A stretch of 62,181 bases of DNA, the filler included, from Sluysia triapertura (Eukaryota), in NCBI GenBank assembly GCA_046118255.1. It is 5 parts of 5 records of this genome, joined end to end, with 100 filler letters (N's around TTAATTAATTAA, not from the genome) between each part and the next. Parts side by side here need not be neighbours in the genome. Positions count along the whole stretch, not along the records: positions 39,058 to 50,620 come from JBJNIA010183379.1; positions 50,721 to 62,181 come from JBJNIA010184502.1; 3 more parts are not named here. One strand, written 5' to 3'. This document shows positions 41,593-53,180 of the stretch, piece by piece. The translations under genes and the position numbers were made by a program. Position 1 is the first letter of the stretch, and every line of letters starts with the position of its first letter. A model generated the notes under the pieces. It was not told the DNA's origin, ran no database searches, and was given only the letters and a program-made list of their open reading frames with translations.

Positions 41593-41783
41593 GCCGTGGT
41601 GGTAGCTCCAAATTGGTCTGAGTGGCTCCTTAACTCAGCAAATGTTACATTAATATGGAAACCTCCAACAAATGTGAAAATATTATCTTCTATCTGTTGC
41701 ACTTCATTAAATGGACTGACCGGGAATCAAACCCGAGACATCTCGATGCTCTACCCCGTGAGCTATCAGCCCCATCTAACAAT
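41575..41783 (-). mobile_element. tRNA-derived SINE with (AAT)n tail, inside a RasGAP intron
   Basis: Minus strand GGGGCTGATAGCTCACGGGGTAGAGC (A box) ... GGGTTTGATTCCCGG (B box), ~130-nt body and AAT tail; a second copy lies at 27373. Confidence 0.8.
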
Positions 41784-42384
41784 TTTGTTTTATTATGGTC
41801 AATGATAGGCCTGTACCCTATCATTATTCAGTAATTGACTAATGATGATTGGTCGATCATTCATTAATGCAATAAGAAATACAAAATTAGAAAATTCATC
41901 ATTTTTGAAAGTTCTGAAATATTTCGCTGAAAATTTTGAAAAAAGTTAGAAATAATAAAATTAAATTCATTTTGATTTATGTAATCACAGCAATGAACAC
42001 TATTAAAACCTCTATAATTCCTATTTCTAGGTACACTGTAAAACTTCTTTTATTTCTCACCTTCTACCAATTCCCCATCCATACTTATGAAAAATTTTAG
42101 AGATCTCTTCGGTACTTTCAAGAATCTAAATGTTGGGAAGGACCCGTAAGTGGACCCAAGTTTGTAACTCCGGAATCAGAAGGAACAGAATCTGACATTA
42201 TCAATGAATAAAAATAATTTATACATTGTTTATACCTTTATTAAAGGAAAATAACTTTTTCAAAAAACTTCTAGCATTTTCTCACTATCAATAATACTAT
42301 TATTATCATTATTTCCAGTGGAAATAAAAGAAGTATTACAGATATTGTAGAAGGACACAAAATACATCAATTATTATGTCTTAC

Positions 42385-43007
42385 TCGTCTCAAATCTGAA
42401 TAAAACTGCAAAGGCAATATTTCCAAACATTGATATTTGGCACTGATATTAATTCTGGGATGCTCATGATCTTTTCGAGACCGCAAGTATTTTAAGAAGC
42501 CGCCCGACTGTTTCGAAGAAGATCCACCAGACACGGAATTAGTTGTTGTGACATTACCAAGAAGACCACTTTGTCGAGAAGTGCTAGGGTGTCGTAGTAA
42601 CGAAGCGGTGTTGTAGGCAGTGTTATTGGAAGAGAGAGCTGCAGCATCTGAACCATAGTCACCGCTATCACTACGAGATGACCTTTTCCATTTCACACTG
42701 CTATCTTTACTTCTGGAATCTGAGGGTAGACAAAACGACAACAATGACTGATGATCGTCACTGTGATTCGATACGAAGAAACCAGCTCGATCTTCAAGCA
42801 CCTTGTTTTCGTTGGGAACTGCACTTCCACTGACGCAACCCACAGCCGATTGTGATGAATTAGTGTAAGTGTGACGCGTACTAAGTTGATTGGTTGGATT
42901 GTTTAACGAATCAGAAACTGTTGAATTAATACTGTGCTTCTGCATGACGATCTTTTTGCGAACATCGTTTCTTTCGCACAATTCTTCAATTGGAATTGTA
43001 ATGAAAG
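42385..43007 (-). CDS. RasGAP gene exon: C2 domain C-terminal part with a long Ser-rich insertion
   Basis: CCCAG acceptor, AFITIPIEEL..., ending PRINISAKYQCLEILPLQFYSDLRR|GTAAGA; matches family IKARFQxxxILP. Confidence 0.88.
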
Positions 43008-43766
43008 CTGGGAAAAAAGAGTGCATCAATAAACAATTTGTAAACAATTATTTATTTATCCATCTTCAGTTTTGAATCGTGACGAAACAAATAATGATGA
43101 GGATAATCAAAATACAAATTTCTTGCAAGTGGTTGGAAATATCTGAAAAAATATTTCGATCTTTGACATGTTTAATTCGATGTCTTCGTCGTTAATAAAA
43201 TTTCTGGAAGAACAACAAATTTAATTTGTTTAAATAAGTTCCAAGTCGAAGGAAGTGTTGCAAGTCAAATTTTACAATGAATCGTTATTAATTCATCAAA
43301 ATATAAACATTAACTGTTTGAGTCCGGCGCAGCGCGATAGCGCTTTTCTTGTTTTGTGTCGATAATGCGAAGATGCTGCTGCTGTTGGTAAAAAGGAGTT
43401 CGTGGAATTTGTGCAGCAAAACATTTTGTAATAAGTGAAAATAAAAAATATTTTGTTTGCTCAAAGTTACTTATTACATAACAATTAGTGTTAATTATAA
43501 CCATTAACCCAGAAAGTACTACGCATTTCATTCCGGACTTTTTGCATATGCATAAGAAAATTCTCCCGCACTCAAACGGTTAATATTTTTGGCAGCTCCA
43601 AGGACACCACTAATATGCAAATGGGGTTTCTCTATTTCAAACAATATGTTATTCCACTTAAATTACATTTTAAACACTAATTTTAATTATTTTGATAAAA
43701 TATTTTGATAATTATTACAAAACAAAATAATAAAATAATCATAATAATAGTAACTGTATTATTATC

Positions 43767-43769
<3 letters not shown>

Positions 43770-43808
<39 letters not shown>

Positions 43809-43830
43809 CATAATAATTATCATTATTGTT
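43770..43830. repeat. (ATT)n microsatellite
   Basis: Direct observation. Confidence 0.9.
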
Positions 43831-44103
43831 CTGCAATAAATATTTTTCATTATTTTTATTCTCAACATCAAATGCAACTAAATTTCTAATATTTATTTAT
43901 TTCTAGAGATAAAGAGACAGTGTTGGAGTGGATTTAGTGTGGAAACTGGAATATTTATTCACGTGATAACTGTTCAGTTTTCAAATAGACAACTGATACC
44001 GAATATTCGAGAGTGTAGTGGCAACAGCAGCAGTAGAAACAACTACAATAGCTACAATATGTAACAACATCGAATATGGTATTAAGAAATAATTTAATTC
44101 ATC

Positions 44104-44106
<3 letters not shown>

Positions 44107-44157
<51 letters not shown>

Positions 44158-44191
44158 TACTATTACTATTACTATTATTATCATTATTATT
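44107..44191. repeat. (ATT)n/(ATTACT)n microsatellite
   Basis: Direct observation. Confidence 0.9.
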
Positions 44192-47100
44192 GTAAAGTAT
44201 CAAACTTCTTATTAAAATATAATATAATAATAATAATAAAGAAATAATAATAATGAAACTAATGTATGGACAATTACATCATACAACATTGTGTGGTCAC
44301 GTCAAAAGTCAATATAATAAGATCACAGTAAATTGTGTCATTACCAAATCCACTATTTATTAATGTTTGTATATAAATGATAAAAATACTATGGAAAGTG
44401 AATGTCGTCCCAGTGTTCCAGAGTCAGAGTATTCAATATTCAAACTAGCGAAATTAAATTCGAGTCTGTGTATTAATAAAATTATTAAAAAATTCGCGAA
44501 TATTTAAATTATAAAACATCAAATACATTACGTAAAGATAAATATTGTTTTAACATCTTAAAGATAAACAGTCAACTTTAGACTTAGTTTAGTGCAGATC
44601 AATTTTATTTTTGCCCTTCCATCGGGACAGATAGAACTTCAATTATTTAATTATTTAAGTGATAAACTTCACGAATTTGTGTATCTTATTTCAGATATGA
44701 TTTCATTAACGAAAATCCCAACATAATCAAATTAATAAATAAATAAATATTATTATTATCATTATTATTACTATTATTATCATTATCACTATCACTATTA
44801 TCATTATTATTATCATTATGATTAACTAGTGTGTCTAGTGTGTCTTACCACCTACAATTAACTTTGTTTCATTTATTTTGGTATTGTCGCTATTTTTATT
44901 ACTTAAGATTATAAATGCTGACTTTTCTTCATTGATTTTCAAGTATTGATTTCAAGATTTTTATTTATTAGTAATAAGCAAATTACTTAAACATGTTCCA
45001 CGCAAGACGATGTTATAACGATTGCTACAAAAATTTACTTAATAAATAAGAAGTAAATATTTGTTAAATATTCGAACTCAAGTCAGTCATCCATGTTTTC
45101 ATTGTTAAATTACACCATAATTCCAAGTTTATGATCCAAGCCGATGAAGTTAATTATTTAGATCCATTTCTATACTCTGTTCCAAATAGCGTTCTAGTGA
45201 CTTATTGTCATGTTCAACTTGAACCTTATATCGCAACACTGTGGCTACTGGTTAAATTGGCAAGGCATTCTGTTATCATCGATTCAAAAATTGTCTCTAT
45301 CAACCATGTTGATGCAAAAAGCGAAACAGTTAATTAGCAACCTTATTGTTTTAGAAGTCGGTTTAGTCCTGGATAAATACTCTCAAATGATCATTTTTTC
45401 ACGACGCTGAAACTATATGAAGTAAGCAGCTTTCTATTCATGTTGTTAACTACTTGTACGAATTCACTCTCCTAAGTTCATTTAGTTACGCCGTGCCGTT
45501 CTAATATAAACTTGTTCAATTTTTATTCAATAGTTTCGGATTTCAAATTTAATTTCATGAAGTATAAATGATCTTATTATTGTCTTTTCTTTAATTAATT
45601 GTGTCATTAAAAGTAATAATAATCATAATCATAATAATAAAGAATTTGTAACTTCCGATAAAGTATCATGTGTCAGTCAAATACATACTTGTCTGACATT
45701 GTCCGTCCTCGGCAGTGGATATGTTACATATTGATAGTAATAATAAATGTTACTAAATATCTGGCAGTCTACAATCAGCTGCTGTAGAAGTGATAAAAAG
45801 AAGAGTAGTACTCCCTAAATAAGAAATATTATGAGTGATGTCTTATTTCAGAGTAGATATTGCATTTTATTGCATTTTCTGATCAGTACTCCGCATTATA
45901 AATAACAGTGACCTTCAGTGCTAATTCACATTTCATGGGATTACAGTTGTGTGTGTGTGTGTGTGTCAGAAATAGAAAGAATGTGTGTAATTAAATAGAG
46001 TAATAAAATAATTCGATACCAGTTGTTTTGGACTTGTAAGATTACTTCAGACCATCTAACCAAGTTTATTGGGATGCATTGTCTATTTGTGTGACAGCAG
46101 TTTTTCAATTCTTGTAGTGGAATTCGTTTTACCGAATCAAGACAGACGAAGATAAATGAGAGTGCAGAAACAAGAGTAGTCGTCAGTGGTAATATGAAAT
46201 TAATAACAGTTACAAAACTAAACCCAATATAATTAGTGAGTCTTATATTTCATAATTTTATACTACACTCCAATTCAACTCAATCCACTCGGCTTAAAAA
46301 CATTTTATTCCCAAGAAAAATCGAACATGCATATACATTAATCAAGCTGTTTCCATTGCAACAATGGTGTTGAAAAGTAACAATTTGAAGAAGTACATTG
46401 TAGCTTAGCATATGATTTAAAAATACTAAAAGAGATATTTCTGTTAATATATGTGAGACAGACTTAAAAAGACGTTTATCAAGATTTATTGACGAAATTC
46501 ATTCTAAACTTGTATTATATGTCAGAAGTCGAACACACGTTTCTGCACTACAAGTGTTCACAAGACAAGAAGTCTTCGATATTCATCAGTATGAATCTGA
46601 TAATGATTGTGGTAGTACGGTGCAAATTGCTGCTCCTTATATGTACTATTTGTATAATAAATTCCAATAATAATTATTTCAGTAATTCCAATATTAATTT
46701 ACTGCACTATAAATTATTCATTTTTGTAAATTTAATATTAACAACTTCTACAACTATTAATAATTCTTTAACTATTCAGCAACTATTTAATATTAATAAT
46801 AACTGTCTGCAATAGATAATTTTAACTCTAATACAATTATTAACTGTTTGCCACAAATCGAATAACAATGAAAATCTCACATCGATTCATCATCAAGTGA
46901 TGAAAATGATGAAATGATGAAAAGCCAAAAATCAAAGTCATCTTGGAATGATTCTTCATATTTCAATTCGACTGAATTAGTTGCAGCATTTTTCAGACAT
47001 TTATATTCACTGTTTGCATTACGACTTATTGCAGCACTGTCACAATGTCGATGCTCAGCTTGATGACCCAAATAATTAAATATCTATTAAAAGCATATCA

Positions 47101-48040
47101 TCTTAGGGCATTGAAAACATAGATAACTTCCAAAAAATCAATATTTTCTTTTAAAAATTAAAATACCATATTTTCTTGCCTGTAGCCCGCGGGATACACA
47201 TCGAAAAAAGTGTATCTTTGTGTGCAGGTTATACATCAATAGTTTAGAAATTTATTTTATTGATCCTAAAGAAATATTAATTTTTCAATGAATCTAATGT
47301 TGCCTACAATGTTAAAGCAATTGAATTTAAAGAGAAATTGGAATTAAATTTATATTTATTTGGTGATATCAAAGATTTTGTATGTGGGATTATATTAAAA
47401 AATTGTTATTGTTATAATTCGGGCTATGTATTAAGTGCGGATTACGCACAAGAAAATACGGTACAAGTATTTCGTAAAGATGTATTTATTTAAACATACA
47501 ATGTTGATTAAGTAAACAAAATTAAATAAACAAATTTGATTTGAAAAATAGCACAAATCAGAAACTGTTTTACTCATCTTATTGATTGTACAACTTCTGT
47601 TATTATTTCGACATTCGTAAATTAGTAATAAATGCACATAAACTTTAGAATTACACAATGAAAATATAATGAGTGCATGCAGACAACTCATTGGTTGTTT
47701 TTCTGACACCATACGATGACGTCATCAAAGTAGAAGTTATAATGGAAATCGTTTATTAGTAATTATTAAATTGTTGAGAAGAGGATTTAAAATTGAGAAT
47801 TTCATTTTTATTGGCTGATATTTTTAGTGGAAAGAGAATTGAATTCAAAATGAAATAAAATGTACGATAAATTATTTTTAAATCATTTATTTATTTATTT
47901 ATAAATGGTTGAAGTACAACCAATAATTAATTCATGATATAATATTAATAATAATAATAAAGACTTATTGCTACTGTCGAACCACATCATGTAAGTGCCA
48001 TCACAATCTCTCATTACTTCATCATAAAACAACTTCTAAC

Positions 48041-48135
48041 CAATTCTGTGTCGAATGTTCTTTTTCTTGTCTCCTTTTTCTTCCACCAACTCTTTGTACA
48101 AATTGATCGTCACAGACGCCACTGGCGATAGATTA
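48041..48135 (-). CDS. RasGAP gene C2-domain exon (absent from the ORF track)
   Basis: TTTTTCAG|T NLSPVASVTINLYKELVEEKGDKKKNIRHRI G|GTTAGA; matches DAB2IP NLPPLRTVTVHLYRETDKKKKK; the phase-1 end joins 43007 in frame. Confidence 0.85.
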
Positions 48136-48323
48136 CTGAAAAATAACAAATGTTTCTTTAGTATGGTTTGTGTGCGATAAATTATTATGATTCACTTATT
48201 TATACTTTAATCCCGGATATATTATTATAATAATAATAATCATCACTGTCATTCGTTTTATAGATTTTATTATTATTATGAAGATAATTTTATTACTATA
48301 ATATTATATTATCATAATAATCA

Positions 48324-48477
48324 NNNNNNNNNNNNNNNNNNNNNNNNNNNNNNNNNNNNNNNNNNNNNNNNNNNNNNNNNNNNNNNNNNNNNNNNNNNNN
48401 NNNNNNNNNNNNNNNNNNNNNNNNNNNNNNNNNNNNNNNNNNNNNNNNNNNNNNNNNNNNNNNNNNNNNNNNNNNNN
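48324..48477. other. Within-scaffold assembly gap
   Basis: N run without linker, flanked by low-complexity ATT/ATC sequence. Confidence 0.95.
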
Positions 48478-48779
48478 TATTATATTTGCAGTTAATATCA
48501 TCAATTACAATTCACAATCGCATTTGACCAATAATGACCTGAATCAATAAACCAATAAATCGATAATGAAAATAGTAATATTAACAATGCCAGCAACAAA
48601 TCTAAGAAAAGTCTGAAAATAAATACTAGAATCCAGCCAATAAAAGTACAATTCTAAAAATAGAAACGAAATAAAAATATAATCAATGAAATTAGTAATC
48701 ATAGTAATGTCATAAATAAAACTGAAAATCGCATAACCAAATAAAATACAGAGTGAATCAGAAGTAACCAGGCAATCAT

Positions 48780-49200
48780 GATATTCGTGTCCTAAGTGTA
48801 CATAAATGCGTTTACATGGACCAGTCGGTTGATTTCTTGATGTAAACTACCAAGAAGGTCATGTGAACACATCTTACAAATAGTCCATTTAAGTGTTCTG
48901 AATGCATGTGAATACTCCTGATTTCTTTCTTTGAGTGTGTTAAAGAATTCAGTGTAAGCCGAGAACAAAAGATCAACTTGTGTCAATGACAATCAATTCT
49001 TGCACAGAAGTTAATGAAGACTTATGCCGAAGTGTTTGCTATTCTGTCGTTCGAAGGACTGCAAAATACATTGAAGAAGGCGGCCAACATTTTGAGCATT
49101 TACTCTGTTAGATTATGTATATAATTTTAATATGAATAATAAATTGGATTTTTATAACTTGTCATCTGTATATAGAAAATTCTGACTCTAATATTATTCA
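48780..49200 (+). mobile_element. Tc3-like (Tc1/mariner superfamily) transposase C-terminal relic
   Basis: VRRTAKYIEEGGQHFEHLL at ~49050-49105 matches the typical GGxHFEHLL C-terminus. Confidence 0.65.
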
Positions 49201-49430
49201 GTGCAGAAAACGGTACAATATGAATAGGGACGAATAAGCACTGGAAATGCCAGATAAGGTAAAATGCGTGTACGGAGTGGTATGGTGCACGTGGATTGGT
49301 GAATCAAGGACATAACAATTGAAATACAATCATTCATACAGGAAACACATATTTCAATGTAAGAGAAAAACACAGAGCAGCGAATTGATAGATACCGCAC
49401 TAGCAAGTATAATTAATCACGATGGGTTCC

Positions 49431-49561
49431 CTACAGAACGCGGTTTACTCCACGTTGTAAAACGTTTACTGTAACCTAAATCTAAATCTAAGGCTAAATA
49501 AAAATTGAGCAGGGTCCGGTTACAGTAAACGTCTTACAAGGTATAGTTGGCGTTTCTGTAG
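49431..49561. mobile_element. Foldback/MITE-like element
   Basis: Inverted arms CTACAGAACG..TTGTAAAACGTTTACTGTAACC / GGTTACAGTAAACGTCTTACAA..CGTTTCTGTAG around CTAAAT repeats. Confidence 0.7.
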
Positions 49562-50620
49562 TCTCAAAGTTAATAATCTCATTATATTTACTCGAAAAAA
49601 CGCGTTTAATACGTCTCTGACTAAATGACTTCTAAGAGGGTCTTAATTAAAATGTATATACCACAATAAGAAATGCAACCAACTGTAATTATATTTGAAT
49701 ATCGATTAAATACAGCATTTAAAATTAATCAAAGCTCAAAAACAAAATTTAAGCAGTAAGTAAAATTATTCTAAAGACTAAAAAACAAAAATTCAAATTG
49801 TCATTTTATGATTAAAATCCTTTTGGGATTTTTAATAAATTTCTTTTTTAAATTTTAAGGCAAAATTTTCCCTCAGTATATCGGGGTCCTTACAATAAAA
49901 TGATAAAATTTTATAATCTTGATTTTAATAAATCGAACTTGCCTTAAAATAAAACAATTTACTATTTCATGGAATAGACTGCAATGAAAGACAAAGATGG
50001 AACGAGAAGAAATCATTTGTCGTATAACTAAACTGTAGAATTAATTGACTAAAAAATCCAAATTTTTAAAAATTGACTGAATAAAGCACTTGACAAAATG
50101 GCTGCTAATAATTTTGAATTATGTTTTCATTATGGCGATTCTAATTAAACTGATGCTAGTTTATATACTAGTCATAAGCCAATGAGAATCGATGAAAAGT
50201 TTTAGAACATTCTAGAAGCTTCTATTCTATATTTAGAAGCGAATTTTCTTTTTTAAAAATTACATTTTCTTTTTCAGAAAATAGTTATTTTTAAGTGTTT
50301 AGAGATTTATAAATAATTTTAAAGCATTTTATATGATTTTAGAGGGTCGTAATGACAACCTAACAAATCTAAACGACTAATTAAATTTATCCACTTATTA
50401 AAACACAAAAGCCGCCTGGCCGATATTTGTGTGATGACGATATTCTTATAATCGTTTTCTAATCCATGAATTTGCTCTTTGGTTTTTATTTTATATACTT
50501 TTTGAACATTCATACTGTTCGTTACAAATATAATTGTTGCGTTTTACATCTAATTGTGTTTTTGGTGCTAGAGGGGCACGAATCTAATATTTTCCAAAGG
50601 GCTCATCAGTGGATATATAT

Positions 50621-50720
50621 NNNNNNNNNNNNNNNNNNNNNNNNNNNNNNNNNNNNNNNNNNNNTTAATTAATTAANNNNNNNNNNNNNNNNNNNNNNNN
50701 NNNNNNNNNNNNNNNNNNNN
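50621..50720. other. Artificial scaffold linker
   Basis: N44-TTAATTAATTAA-N44. Confidence 0.97.
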
Positions 50721-51131
50721 ATTTTAATATATAAGTTAGAATTTTCATTTATTCTGTGAATATATTGAAATTTAGAGGATAATCAACAATTAGTAACTAT
50801 TTCACAATCACTGAAGATACATTAAAAAATTTTAGAATTAATTTAACTATTAAATTCTTGTTACTAATTTGGATTTAAAACCGAACAGTGAAATTATAAA
50901 ATTTTTATTGAAGATTTAAAGTTTACAGAAATTGTATTTAAAATTTTATATAATTTATTAAAATTAAAATAAACATAACTTATTAAACATTATTAATAAC
51001 ATTTATTAACATAAATTTTTTTATTGTTACTTGAACATATATGCTCCGTCCTTCATAAAATCCTATTAATAAAATTATGAAATTATTAAAATTAAGATCA
51101 AGAGTTATAAGATTATTAAAAAAAACATAAT

Positions 51132-52198
51132 TTACTTTATTGAAGTCTTTGTTGAGATTAGTACCAGCTTGTTAAATCCATGTGCATACGGACAAAGATC
51201 TGCATATTTGACGCATTTACCTGACGATGTGGATTGATAAGGACAAATTGCGCATTTTAGAAAATTTATTTTATCATTTACTTCTCTTTTTCCATCATTA
51301 GTTTCCACATTAATTGGACAGAATGACATATGATCAATTGCCGTTTTGGTATTTAAATCTTTCAATGCATTGAGATTCGAATTAATTACATTTGGAGCAT
51401 CATTATGTAAATATTGTAAATTTAGATGTAAATTTTTAGTTTTATAAATTTAGTAAATTTAATTTAGTTTATATTACTAAATTTAATTTAGATTTTATAT
51501 TACCAACTAAATTTTGTTGAAAAAATAATAAATTAAATTTTAAGTATAGTTTATTTACATAATTAAAATGTTATCTTAGTAATCACAAATTAACGTTTCT
51601 TTGTAGAAACAATGGATTATTTTATAGAATTAACTGTTAAATAAATCACGATCAATAATTAGAATTTCTTTAAATTTAATATTCCTAAATGAATATTGGT
51701 GGTGGAATGAATTGGACCTGTAGAACACTCGATACGAAATTGATTGAAATAACACATTTTCTTCTTGATATTCTTTAATTGAAACATCTTTGTCACGTCC
51801 TTTAGATTTTCTACACGTTGATTTCTGGACGGAACATAATAAGTAGACTTGCAAGTTGGTGGCGTTATATCGATTATCATAAGTTGAATTTATTAATAAT
51901 TTTAATATCATAGCTGGTTGAATTATCATTGGTAGAATTTGGTAAGGCCTAAACACCATAAAATACTTGACATTTGAACCGATACGTCGATTAACTTAAA
52001 TAGTTCTGCACTTAATTCCAATTTTGATTTTTGAATAAAATCGTGATTTTCAATGGGTGCATTATAGTAACTAAGATGCTTATGATAATTTGGTGAGGAT
52101 AATGATTTATACAATTTTAAACGTTTAGCTGCTAATAGAATCGGTTTTACCACAATGTGTGAATGTCTTGTTGTTAGATTGACTAATATTGGTATCAT
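51132..52198 (-). pseudogene. Intronless, frameshifted Unkempt-like tandem CCCH zinc-finger cargo gene
   Basis: CPINVETNDGKREVNDKINFLKCAICPYQSTSSGKCVKYADLCPYAHG versus Unkempt CPFLHRTTGDTERRYHLRYYKTGxCIHETDxxGxCxKNGLHCAFAHG. Upstream lie LKNIKKKMC..C..H (ZF1-like) and IIDRDLFNS. Confidence 0.7.
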
Positions 52199-52269
52199 TA
52201 AAGCATATATTAACTTACATTATTAAATTTTTATGTCGAACTTTTAACTATGTGTATTTTTATTTGTGT

Positions 52270-53180
52270 TAGATGATCGATAATTGGTCATCCAACCAGA
52301 ATTGTTTGTCTGGAAATTTACAAACTTGATTCTGGTTGGATAGCCAGTAACATTGATGCAAAATTTATAATTATGCTAAAATAATCACTGCTAATGATTA
52401 GCCATCATCAGTGTTGACGTAAATATGTCAACAGTAATGCACAATTTCAACACTTGTGATGGTAGTAACAATTTTTTTATTAAATTAATTCAAATTTATG
52501 AAATTTTTCATAATAATAATAATGATAAAGCTGTTATTATTCCTAATATTACTTTTATATAAAAAAATCAAAAATGCATAAATCCCTTGTAATAAGTATA
52601 CACGATCTTTCTAATTTTTCCTATGAATTCTTAACATATCTTAAATTAACAGAGAAATAAAATTTGCATATATTTAGACTAAAAATCTTTAGTCGTAATC
52701 TTATATGGTAAGAATGCTTTTGTTATGTGGTAAAATGTAGGATGTTAGAGTGAATTTCTAGAAAATAACTCATGTTTTTGACTGAAAACGACATTTAAAC
52801 ATTAAGAGATTGCGAACAAAAAATACATTAAGAAGAGGGTGGTTTAGTAAGTGTGAAACAATAAATTATAGTGTAGCTCTTAGTATATTTGAAGGTTATA
52901 GTGCACTGTTTTACGTGATTTGTTTTCTTGTTGTTTTGAATGTTATTATATTTTGTGTTGTTAGTAGTTATGTAATGATAAATGATGGATTTAAGGTGTT
53001 GTAATTGATTCGAAAATATCGAGTAGATCATTTCAAATGTAGTTGTTGTTTGATTGTTATGTGTTTTTGATGAATTTGTTGGTGTAAATTGATGGTATTG
53101 AATGTAAATGTGAAGTGTGAGTATTAAATGTTAGAGGTTGTTTTATAAAATTTTAATAGTATTAAGGGTTGACCACCACA
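52270..53180 (-). mobile_element. LTR-like terminal region of the cargo-carrying element family (copy 4)
   Basis: Minus strand starts TGTGGTGGTCAACCCTTAA at 53180, followed by a CA-rich tract and a promoter-like block at 52280-52440 just upstream of ATG 52198. Confidence 0.68.

Noticed and set aside
41710-41775. Functional tRNA gene
   Set aside because: The anticodon arm is missing, and the sequence is followed by a SINE-like body and AAT tail.
43310-43640. Additional RasGAP exons
   Set aside because: Exon 48041-48135 already joins 43007 in frame with family homology. Frames at 43500-43630 contain stops, although an alternative exon at 43315-43381 cannot be excluded.
45100-45500. GC-richer intronic segment, possibly a transposase relic
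   Set aside because: No diagnostic motif recognised in any frame.
11754-50720. Regularly recurring TTAATTAATTAA palindromes as a biological repeat
   Set aside because: They are always centred in 100-nt N blocks, so they are artificial linkers. Co-location of features across them is not evidence of linkage.
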